Assembly: GCF_000012805.1 (NCBI RefSeq)
Contig: NC_007484.1
Coordinates: 1,920,001-1,952,000 of the forward strand
Reading direction: 5' to 3'
DNA: 32,000 nucleotides
Source: Nitrosococcus oceani ATCC 19707
GTDB lineage: Bacteria; Pseudomonadota; Gammaproteobacteria; Nitrosococcales; Nitrosococcaceae
In this document: in pieces, positions 11,781-19,137 of the stretch
How the letters are laid out: each line of letters begins with the position of its first letter
Position numbering within the stretch: the first letter of the stretch is position 1
Translations under genes and position numbers: made by a program
The notes under the pieces: model-generated
What the model was told of the DNA's origin: nothing
Seen by the model: only the letters and a program-made list of their open reading frames with translations
Databases searched by the model: none

Positions 11781-11857
11781 GTCCCCATCGTCTAGACGGC
11801 CTAGGACACCGCCCTTTCACGGCGGTAACAGGGGTTCGAATCCCCTTGGGGACGCCA
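11781..11857 (+). tRNA. tRNA-Glu (anticodon UUC), CCA encoded
   Basis: GTCCCCATCGTCTAGACGGCCTAGGACACCGCCCTTTCACGGCGGTAACAGGGGTTCGAATCCCCTTGGGGACGCCA. The acceptor stem is GTCCCCA/TGGGGAC, the anticodon stem CCGCC/GGCGG with loop CT-TTC-AC, and the T arm AGGGG-TTCGAAT-CCCCT. It is nearly identical in layout to E. coli tRNA-Glu. Confidence 0.97.
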
Positions 11858-12224
11858 TTTCAGCATGCACTTACCCGCGCTTATATTAGTCCCGGCAGAA
11901 ACCCGTAAAATACTACCAAAAGCGGGCCTTTGCGGTGGTGCCGTTAGCCATAGATTGACCATCACAAGGCAGTAAGCGCTGTTCTCTCCCCAACGCTGCA
12001 AAGCCATACCTCCGATGACACACACCCTGTAAGCCATGATCTTACGAGCGGTTCGCGCAGCCAGCGCCATAAGCTCGAAGGTTACCAATGCTCGACCACA
12101 CCATGGCCCTATCGCAGAGAATTAAGGGCACGGGAGGCATGGTACGCCAGCCACCTTTGCTGCAAGCAACTATAAATCCAGGTTACAATGTGCCCAGCAT
12201 CTCAAAACTAGGTACCGATGCGGC

Positions 12225-12836
12225 ATGGCCAGCATTTATCTCTTGAAACCTGTTTTCCAAAAGATGTTAAGGCCGGTGGTCAAGCTGCTAGCCAGGGCGG
12301 GCGTAACAGCTAACGTAGTTACTCTCACCGCAGCGGCACTATCGTTCACCGTCGGCGCCTGCATCGCCCTGTGGCCATACGCAACCTGGCCAATGTTGTT
12401 ACTACCCGGCTTTCTGTTTTTGCGTATGGCGCTCAACGCTATCGACGGTATGCTAGCTCGCGAGTATCACCAAGCATCTGCATCCGGGGCGATTCTCAAC
12501 GAGCTCGGCGACGTGCTCTCCGATGCCGTGCTCTATTTGCCATTAGCGCTGGTCAGCGTATTTAACGCAGCCTGGATGGTCGTCATCGTCGTGCTGGCCG
12601 TGATCACTGAGATGGCCGGCGTAGTTGCGGTCCAAGTGGGTTCCAAGCGGCGTTATGACGGTCCCATGGGAAAAAGTGACCGCGCTCTGGTCTTTGGCGT
12701 ACTCGGTCTGTGGTTGGGATTGGGCGGGCCAGCCGGGTGCTGGATTATTTATTTGCAAATAGCAGTAACTGTATTGATGGTTGTTACCATCTATCGGCGC
12801 GCCCGCGGCGCCCTGGCCGAAGCCGAGTCAACCTGA
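12225..12836 (+). CDS. CDP-alcohol phosphatidyltransferase-family integral membrane protein (atypical signature)
   Basis: 203 aa and polytopic. The signature spacing is exact: N71-x2-D74-G75-x2-A78-R79-x8-G88-x3-N92-x3-D96 (then x3-D100), against the canonical D-x2-D-G-x2-A-R-x8-G-x3-D-x3-D. The first and third Asp are therefore Asn. Confidence 0.8.
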   Translation: MASIYLLKPVFQKMLRPVVKLLARAGVTANVVTLTAAALSFTVGACIALWPYATWPMLLLPGFLFLRMALNAIDGMLAREYHQASASGAILNELGDVLSDAVLYLPLALVSVFNAAWMVVIVVLAVITEMAGVVAVQVGSKRRYDGPMGKSDRALVFGVLGLWLGLGGPAGCWIIYLQIAVTVLMVVTIYRRARGALAEAEST

Positions 12837-13777
12837 TGGACTGGCTTGATATTCACCCGGCCGCTCTGCAAGCTCTGGGCGGCATCCTGGGTGTGCTCGC
12901 AATCGCCAACTTGATCGTATTCATCATTCGCGGCCGATTGAGCAAGTCATTGCATCATGAACTCGTAAGCCGTATCCAGTCCTGGTGGCTGATGTTCGCC
13001 GTTTTCGCCATCGCCATGGCGATTAATCGCACGGGATCACTGATATTCTTTGCCTTTGTTTCCTTCATGGCGCTCAAGGAGTATCTGTCATTGATCCCTT
13101 CGCGGCGAGCAGATCGCCGGGTAATGTTTTGGGCCTATCTGACCATTCCCGCCCAGTATTTATTAGTGGGTTACAAATGGTACGGAATGTTCATTATTTT
13201 AATTCCAGTCTATGCTTTTTTACTGCTGCCCATGCGCATGGTATTGGTTGGCGAAACGCGCAACTTCTTACGCGCTGCGGGTACCCTGCATTGGGGTGTA
13301 ATGGCAATGGTGTTCAGCATCAGCCACGTGGCGTATTTACTGGTGCTGCCAGAGCAAGTCAATCCTGCCGCCGGTGGTGCGGGCCTCGTGCTTTATCTCG
13401 TGTTTCTGACCCAGTTCAATGATGTTGCGCAGTATTGCTGGGGTAAGCTGCTGGGCCGCCGCAAGATTCTGCCCAGCGTGAGCCCAGGCAAGACCGTCGA
13501 GGGCCTGATTGGGGGCATAGCGACTACCATAGTCTTGTCCTGGTCACTAGCCTCCTGGCTAACACCCCTGAATGTTCCCCAGTCGGTAGCTGCAGGTGCG
13601 TTGATCGGCATAGCTGGCTTCGTCGGCGATGTCACCATATCCGCCCTCAAACGCGACCTAGGTGTGAAGGACTCAGGCAGCTTACTGCCAGGCCACGGAG
13701 GCATACTGGACCGCATCGACAGTCTGATTTATACGGCACCGCTATTTTTCCACTTCATCTACTACCTGCACGGCTAA
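12836..13777 (+). CDS. Phosphatidate cytidylyltransferase (CdsA/CTP_transf_1 family) paralogue
   Basis: The C-terminal CdsA signature is present: SPGKTVEG ... SALKRDLGVKDSGSLLPGHGGILDRIDS. I moved the start from the ORF-track 12710 to the ATG at 12836 (MDWLDIHPAAL...), which overlaps the upstream stop by 1 nt (TGATG). The ORF-track extension lies inside the upstream gene. Confidence 0.85.
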   Translation: MDWLDIHPAALQALGGILGVLAIANLIVFIIRGRLSKSLHHELVSRIQSWWLMFAVFAIAMAINRTGSLIFFAFVSFMALKEYLSLIPSRRADRRVMFWAYLTIPAQYLLVGYKWYGMFIILIPVYAFLLLPMRMVLVGETRNFLRAAGTLHWGVMAMVFSISHVAYLLVLPEQVNPAAGGAGLVLYLVFLTQFNDVAQYCWGKLLGRRKILPSVSPGKTVEGLIGGIATTIVLSWSLASWLTPLNVPQSVAAGALIGIAGFVGDVTISALKRDLGVKDSGSLLPGHGGILDRIDSLIYTAPLFFHFIYYLHG

Positions 13778-13784
13778 CAATTCC

Positions 13785-14432
13785 ATGCGGATGGTGACGA
13801 AAATCGCGCGCTGGTTGTTCTTTACTCTAATTGTGCGGCCACTGATCTTGATCGTGCTGGGTTTGAACGTCCGTAATCGCGAACGACTGCCGAACCGGGG
13901 CCCAGCTATCATTGCAGCCAACCACAACAGCCACTTGGACACCTTGGTGCTCATAACCCTGATGCCGCCTAGCCTATCGCATCGGGTTCGACCCGTAGCC
14001 GCTGCTGACTACTTCTTGCGTAATCGGCTGCTGGCTTGGTTCGCCAAGGATATCATCGGCATCCTACCCATCACCCGGCAGCGAATTGAGCGAGGGGTGG
14101 ATCCACTAGAGATTTGCGACGCAGCCCTAAAACGCGGTGAAATCCTGATCTTCTTTCCAGAAGGCACTCGCGGCGAACCCGAACGGATAAACCGTTTCCG
14201 CAGGGGTATCGCCCATCTCGCCGAGCGGCATCCCGACGTACCCGTGGTGCCAGTATTTATGCGTGGACTAGGCAAAGCCCTGCCCAAAGGCGAGGCGCTA
14301 CTAGTGCCTTTCCTACTAGACGTCTACATTGGCGAGCCGCTGACGGGGCGGGTGCATGCGGATTTCCTTAATACCCTGCGGGCGCGTATACGCTCCTTGG
14401 CGGAGACCGACAAAGGGCCAGAATGGGACTGA
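13785..14432 (+). CDS. Lysophospholipid / 1-acyl-sn-glycerol-3-phosphate acyltransferase (PlsC family)
   Basis: N-terminal TM helix, H-x4-D catalytic motif (AANHNSHLDT), and FFPEGTRG motif. It starts 7 nt after the cdsA-like stop. Confidence 0.85.
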   Translation: MRMVTKIARWLFFTLIVRPLILIVLGLNVRNRERLPNRGPAIIAANHNSHLDTLVLITLMPPSLSHRVRPVAAADYFLRNRLLAWFAKDIIGILPITRQRIERGVDPLEICDAALKRGEILIFFPEGTRGEPERINRFRRGIAHLAERHPDVPVVPVFMRGLGKALPKGEALLVPFLLDVYIGEPLTGRVHADFLNTLRARIRSLAETDKGPEWD

Positions 14433-14656
14433 GAACAGAGCCCTGGTAAGAGCTAACCTAAAAAGCCCGCCTAATTCTTTGATCATGCTGATTTGAGTTA
14501 AAGCGTAGCCAAAATAGGTTTCCCCGACCGTTTGTAATTTTGGTACATTGACGTTTCGTGTCGAGCAATTGTGAAAATTATCCATAAAGGGTAGGCTGTG
14601 CTTGGAAAATACGGCACTCTCGGCAAGCCTGGCAACACAAAAAATGGAGACGCTCC

Positions 14657-16393
14657 ATGGGGAAACGGGAACAAGAGACCAATGAGTTCACGACCTGGGA
14701 TGGAACCCGGTTGTTCTACCGTACTTGGCCACCGGTCAGTCCCACCGACCGGGCGTTGATACTGATTCACCGCGGACATGAACACTCCGGACGCCTTCAG
14801 GAATTGGTGGACGACTTGGATCTTCCCAGCTTCTGGGCCTTTTCGTGGGACAACCGCGGCCACGGCAAATCTCCAGGTCAACGCGGTGACGCCCCCAGCT
14901 ATTCCGCCCTAGTGCGCGATCTAGACGCCTTTGCCCGGCATTTGCAGGAAACTCACGGACTCAAGATGGAGAATATTGCTGTGGTGGCCAACAGCGTCGG
15001 CGCGGTGACTGCGGCCGCCTGGGTCCATGACTATGCGCCCCCTATCCGTTCCATGGTACTGGCGGCACCCGCGTTTCGCATCAAACTCTACGTGCCCTTT
15101 GCCATTCCTGCTCTTCGCCTGTGGCGGTGGTGGCGCCAGGCAGCGGTTATCAATAGCTATGTGAAATCGCGCATGCTCACGCACGATCCGGAACAATCCC
15201 GAGCCTACGATGAGGATAAGCTGATTACTCGCAACATATCGGTAAAAATCCTGCTGGGACTACACGACACTGCTACCCGCTTGCTGCGGGACGCCGGTGC
15301 GATCCGCACACCGACACTCGTTCTATCGGCTGGCTCCGACTGGGTGGTTAAGAATTCTGCTCAGCGGCGCTTTTTCCGGGGCCTCTCCTCCGCAGTCAAA
15401 CGTATGGAGCATTACGCCGGGTTCTTTCACGCAATATTATACGAAAAGGGGCGAGAGAAACCCATCAACGAAACGCGCCGTTTCCTGCTAGAGAGCTTCG
15501 AGCACCCGGTGGAGTTGCCTTCGCTGTTAGAAGCGGACCGGGGTGGCTACAGCCGCACAGAGCATGACCTGCTTCGCCAACCTACCGTATGGCCGCGGCA
15601 GATGTTATTCACGCTTCAAAAAAAGAGTATCGAAACGGTAGGGCGGCTTAGTAAGGGCATCCGCGTAGGGCTCCGGACGGGGTTCGACTCCGGACAATCC
15701 CTGGACTACGTTTACGAAAACCGAGCGCGGGGCCTGACGCCCGTCGGCAAATGGATCGATCACGCCTATCTGAATACTGTTGGCTGGAGAGGCATCCGTA
15801 TCCGCCGCAAGCATCTACAGGAACTGCTGCAAAAAGCCATTGAGGATCAACTCCAAAAGCACGATAAAATCGAGATCGTGGACGTGGCCACCGGTTGCGG
15901 GCGATATGTGTTGGAGGTGCTGGAAAAGCTGCCCCAAGAAAAAATACACGCCCGGCTACGTGACTGGACGCCAGCCAATCTCGAGCAAGGAAGGGCACTG
16001 GCTGCCGAAAAGGGCTTGGAGAACGTTGAGTTCGAGTTGGGCGATGCCTTTGACCGCGACGGGCTGCTGGCTATTTCCCCGCAGCCACATATCATCATTG
16101 TTTCCGGGCTGTACGAGCTGTTCCCGGAAAACGATCGGGTTGCAATATCATTGGCAGGCATCGCCGAAGTGCTGGTGGACAGGGGCTACCTGCTATATAC
16201 CTGCCAACCCTGGCATCCGCAGCTAGAGCTCATCGCTCGCACGCTGGTCAACCGTGAGGGAGAACCTTGGGTCATGCGGCGGCGAACGCAGGCGGAGATG
16301 GATGAGCTTGTGGCGGCGGCTGGCCTCCAAAAGCAGGACATGCGTATCGATGAATACGGAATCTTCACCGTTTCGGCAGCTCGCAGAGTTTGA
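14657..16393 (+). CDS. Bifunctional alpha/beta-hydrolase (lysophospholipase/monoacylglycerol-lipase-like) :: class I SAM-dependent methyltransferase fusion
   Basis: The N-terminal half has ALILIHRGHEHSGR (oxyanion HG region), a nucleophile elbow VVANSVGA (A-x-S-x-G variant) and a late His (GFFHAIL). The C-terminal half has SAM motif I, IVDVATGCGRYVLE, plus acidic loop/post-I elements (LRDWTPANL, GDAFD, IIIVSGLYELF). GGAGA sits 6 nt upstream of the ATG. Confidence 0.8.
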   Translation: MGKREQETNEFTTWDGTRLFYRTWPPVSPTDRALILIHRGHEHSGRLQELVDDLDLPSFWAFSWDNRGHGKSPGQRGDAPSYSALVRDLDAFARHLQETHGLKMENIAVVANSVGAVTAAAWVHDYAPPIRSMVLAAPAFRIKLYVPFAIPALRLWRWWRQAAVINSYVKSRMLTHDPEQSRAYDEDKLITRNISVKILLGLHDTATRLLRDAGAIRTPTLVLSAGSDWVVKNSAQRRFFRGLSSAVKRMEHYAGFFHAILYEKGREKPINETRRFLLESFEHPVELPSLLEADRGGYSRTEHDLLRQPTVWPRQMLFTLQKKSIETVGRLSKGIRVGLRTGFDSGQSLDYVYENRARGLTPVGKWIDHAYLNTVGWRGIRIRRKHLQELLQKAIEDQLQKHDKIEIVDVATGCGRYVLEVLEKLPQEKIHARLRDWTPANLEQGRALAAEKGLENVEFELGDAFDRDGLLAISPQPHIIIVSGLYELFPENDRVAISLAGIAEVLVDRGYLLYTCQPWHPQLELIARTLVNREGEPWVMRRRTQAEMDELVAAAGLQKQDMRIDEYGIFTVSAARRV

Positions 16394-17515
16394 TTGCTGC
16401 CACCTATATCCCTGCTTGTTCCCGTGAGCAAGACCTCTGTACACCCCCTCCTCTCGAGCGGCATCATAAACTACGCGAGGCTCCTAAACGCCTATGGGTT
16501 CGACATGCGGCACCTGCCTCGAGTCCTTGGCCTGGGTCTAGGTATCCTGGCGCGGGAGCCTGTTTCCTGGATCGCCGCGGCCCGCTACCATCGCCGAGTG
16601 GAACGGCAAGAAATCGCGCCGGACCCGCTATTTATCGTCGGCCACTGGCGGAGCGGGACAACCCACCTCCAGAATCTGTTGAATTGCGACCCACAATTTA
16701 GCTGTGTAACCCTGCTGCAGGCAGGGATGCCGCGCGAGTATCTGCTACTTTCCGAGGGGGTGAAGCGATGGCTCGGGCGCCTACTTCCCTCGACCCGGCT
16801 AATGGACAACGTTTCCATCGCCGCCGACGTGCCTTGGGAGGAGGAACTCGCCCTGGCCGCAGCGAGCCGGTACTCCTTTTATCACGTCTCCTTTTTTCCG
16901 CGGAGCATGGAACGTATTTTCGACGAAGCGGTGATGTTCGACTCAGTCCCGCAGGCTGCAATCCGGAAATGGTGGACTGGGTATCTTCGCTTCCTGCAGA
17001 TGGTACAATACGATCAGCCTGGGCGGCGCCTACTGCTAAAAAATCCCGCCAACACGGCACGAATCCGGCTACTGAAAAAGCGATTTCCTAAGGCGCAATT
17101 CATCCACATCCACCGTAACCCCTACAAGGTGTTCGTCTCCTCGGTCCATCTTTACCTGCAAGCACAGAACGCTTGGGGCCTACAATCGACCGACCGGCAG
17201 CGCGTGGTGGCACACGTTTTGGCATCCTATCCACAGCTGATGCGGGCATATTTCGAGCAACGTGAAGTATTGGCCGAAACCGATTTAGCGGAGGTCAGTT
17301 TCGCATCCCTCCAAAAAGCGCCACTGGAAACCCTCGAATCCATCTACTGCCGCTTGGATCTCACCGGTTTCGAAGAGGCGGTGCCGCGGTTCCGGGCCTA
17401 TCTGGAGAGACAGAAAGGATACCGTAAGAATCGCCTGGAGCTGACGGAGAGCGAACGGGCAGCCGTGGCAACCTGCTGGAGAGATATTTTTACGGGGCTA
17501 GGATATGAAATGTAG
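16394..17515 (+). CDS. PAPS-dependent sulfotransferase-family protein
   Basis: 5'-phosphosulfate-binding loop GHWRSGTTHLQNLL, and a LLLKNPANTARIRLLKKRFPKAQFIHIHRNPYKVFVSS (3'-phosphate-binding region)-type segment. The start is uncertain: TTG 16394 abuts the upstream TGA, and GTG 16424 is an alternative. Confidence 0.8.
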   Translation: MLPPISLLVPVSKTSVHPLLSSGIINYARLLNAYGFDMRHLPRVLGLGLGILAREPVSWIAAARYHRRVERQEIAPDPLFIVGHWRSGTTHLQNLLNCDPQFSCVTLLQAGMPREYLLLSEGVKRWLGRLLPSTRLMDNVSIAADVPWEEELALAAASRYSFYHVSFFPRSMERIFDEAVMFDSVPQAAIRKWWTGYLRFLQMVQYDQPGRRLLLKNPANTARIRLLKKRFPKAQFIHIHRNPYKVFVSSVHLYLQAQNAWGLQSTDRQRVVAHVLASYPQLMRAYFEQREVLAETDLAEVSFASLQKAPLETLESIYCRLDLTGFEEAVPRFRAYLERQKGYRKNRLELTESERAAVATCWRDIFTGLGYEM

Positions 17516-18245
17516 CCCCTATTTGGTGCCCAATCTCCGGATCGCCCTGTACTATGTGACAGGCGCGACAATACTAATTCTCGCGATATTCTCCCTGGGA
17601 GTTTGGGGATTGCCGCTGGCCTGGCCGGCTCTGGCCATGCTCCTTGTAGCCGCCGGATACACGACCCTGGGACCAGCAATTTACGGCAAGCGTGGCGGAC
17701 GTCTCTCCCCGCTTTCCCGTCTTTTACTTGCTCCCACGCAGTTCTGTCAATACCTGTCTTTGCTCTACTACCGGCGGCAATGCCGACCCTGGGACGAGGT
17801 GGCGCCAGGGGTGTTCATCGGAAGTATGCTCACTCGAAAAGAGGCCACCCGTTTAACTGAAGCGGGTTTGAAGGCCGTATTAGACCTGACAGCTGAGTTC
17901 TCGGAGACCCCCGATCTCCAGGTTTTGCGCTACCACAATATTCCCATCCTGGATCTGACCGCTCTGACTCCGGCCCATCTGACGGAGGCGGTACAGTTTA
18001 TACAAGCATGCCGCCAGCGGGGTGATGGGGTGTTCGTGCACTGCAAGGCGGGATACTCCCGAAGCGCCAACGTGGTAGGCGCCTACCTAATGGCTGCGGG
18101 CATCTGCCGAACCACCGGGGAAGCCATCGCCCGCCTGCGGCAAGTACGGCCCTCCATCGTCATCCGTCCGGAAGTGCGGAATTCACTGCGGCAATTCGAG
18201 CAGATGCTTCAGGCAAGCTGCTGGAGCAAGGAGGGGGAACGGTAA
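17505..18245 (+). CDS. Membrane-anchored dual-specificity (Cys-X5-Arg) phosphatase, PTPMT1-like
   Basis: Two N-terminal hydrophobic helices (residues about 13-55). The DSP fold has the P-loop VHCKAGYSRS (C180, R186; the Cys codon is 18042..18044) and a candidate general-acid Asp (IPILDLT) 30 residues upstream. The ATG overlaps the sulfotransferase gene by 11 nt. Confidence 0.8.
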   Translation: MKCSPYLVPNLRIALYYVTGATILILAIFSLGVWGLPLAWPALAMLLVAAGYTTLGPAIYGKRGGRLSPLSRLLLAPTQFCQYLSLLYYRRQCRPWDEVAPGVFIGSMLTRKEATRLTEAGLKAVLDLTAEFSETPDLQVLRYHNIPILDLTALTPAHLTEAVQFIQACRQRGDGVFVHCKAGYSRSANVVGAYLMAAGICRTTGEAIARLRQVRPSIVIRPEVRNSLRQFEQMLQASCWSKEGER

Positions 18246-18388
18246 GAATAAAAAGCAGGGATAAAGTACACTTAAATAGAGCCACTACACGGCCTCCCAT
18301 TTGTATCCCCACCCGATATGGGGCGAGGGTTTACGCGGATTTCTGCGAATAGATCCAAAAAGACAAGAGGAACCTAATTATCAACTAT

Positions 18389-18961
18389 CTACCAAATTAC
18401 CGGCGGAAACGATCTGCGAAGAAAATGTAGCGCCCTTCCCGTCCATTGCCGCTCTTGCTCGATTTGCTCACGCTGGGCGCGAATCGTAGCCTTTTTGTTT
18501 TCCAGGCTCTCCAGCAACCGATTTTTTTCCTGCTTATGCTGCGCCATCAATTGATCAAGCTCAGAACGCTTTGGGGAGCGAAAATCCGAAGCGTTGCGCC
18601 CCGTCACCAAAGCCGCCCGGTGGGCGAGCAAATCTAAAATTAACTCCCGCTTAGCTACCGGAGTCAGTTCATAAGCCAGTCCCAAACCCGCCGGCAACGC
18701 CTTGATACGTGCCAACTCCTGATCAACTAAATGCAGGTGTTCGGTCAGCAGCGTTTGGCAATTCACGGATGAGCCGCGCATCTTCAGTTCTCTTTGCACC
18801 TCCTTCGCAGGCACGGCTTGGACACCCAAGGGCGGCTGATAACCATATCTTGGCGTACCCGAGGCGTCGGTCCAACGGTAGAGTGTTGCAGCAATTGCCG
18901 GCTGAAAGATAATAAACCCAATAATTAATATTAATCTCAATCCACTACGTTTTCTATTCAT
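18389..18961 (-). CDS. Secreted DUF4124-domain protein with coiled-coil C-terminus
   Basis: Signal peptide (LRLILIIGFIIFQPAIAA) followed by LYRWTDASGTPRYGYQPP, the DUF4124-type motif as I recall it. The C-terminal half is charged and heptad-like. Confidence 0.6.
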   Translation of the reverse strand: MNRKRSGLRLILIIGFIIFQPAIAATLYRWTDASGTPRYGYQPPLGVQAVPAKEVQRELKMRGSSVNCQTLLTEHLHLVDQELARIKALPAGLGLAYELTPVAKRELILDLLAHRAALVTGRNASDFRSPKRSELDQLMAQHKQEKNRLLESLENKKATIRAQREQIEQERQWTGRALHFLRRSFPPVIW

Positions 18962-19073
18962 CTCCCCACCTCAACGCTCTCTCAACAGGAGCGAAAAAAA
19001 CAAATTGTTTATTTCGAGCTTAAATAATTAAAGTGGGAACAGCAAACGAGAAGCTAGCCTGGCAACAACTATT

Positions 19074-19102
19074 TTGACATTATTATTTTTAGAATCTAAT
19101 CT
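19074..19102 (+). promoter_or_regulatory. Possible sigma70 promoter for the 19138 gene
   Basis: A perfect TTGACA (19074..19079), a 17-nt spacer, then a weak -10 TAATCT (19097..19102), 36 nt upstream of the ATG. Confidence 0.3.
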
Positions 19103-19137
19103 TTATTTTATCCCTTCATACTTAACCGCATCACAAC

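Noticed and set aside
12157-12189. Candidate promoter for the lipid block (TACAAT at 12184..12189)
   Set aside because: The -10 is good, but the best -35-like hexamers are either poor (CTGCAA at 18 nt) or mis-spaced (TTGCTG at 21 nt). I left it unannotated pending 5'-end data.
11858-12224. Possible integrase pseudogene or att site between tRNA-Glu and the lipid block (includes the 95-aa ORF 11801..12088 minus, which overlaps the tRNA)
   Set aside because: I translated all six frames by eye and found no tyrosine-recombinase-like segments (no R..HxxR..Y context). The ORF overlapping the tRNA is spurious.
12710-12835. The 42-codon N-terminal extension of the cdsA-like ORF given in the ORF track
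   Set aside because: The extension lies wholly inside the upstream CDP-alcohol transferase gene in another frame. The ATG at 12836 gives a TGATG coupling junction and a sensible hydrophobic N-terminus.
14626-14637. 12-mer AGCCTGGCAACA shared upstream of the 14657 and 19138 genes (second copy 19057..19068), containing TGGCA (possible sigma54 -24 element)
   Set aside because: Many 12-mer coincidences are expected in 32 kb on two strands. Neither copy has a GC dinucleotide at the -12 spacing required for sigma54.
15648-16467. Multiple 90-150-aa ORFs in alternative frames and on the opposite strand inside the GC-rich block (e.g. 15780..16226 plus, 15648..15998 minus, 16698..17060 minus)
   Set aside because: High GC suppresses stop codons. 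The translations are Arg/Pro/Ala-rich without motifs and overlap well-supported genes.
18300-18335. Possible degenerate copy of the tRNA-Glu 3' end (ATCCCC...TGGGGCGA) as the far att boundary of the island
   Set aside because: Only two short blocks (ATCCCC, TGGGG.CG) match and the spacing differs. This is not distinguishable from chance, and it also reads as a simple CCCCA/TGGGG hairpin.
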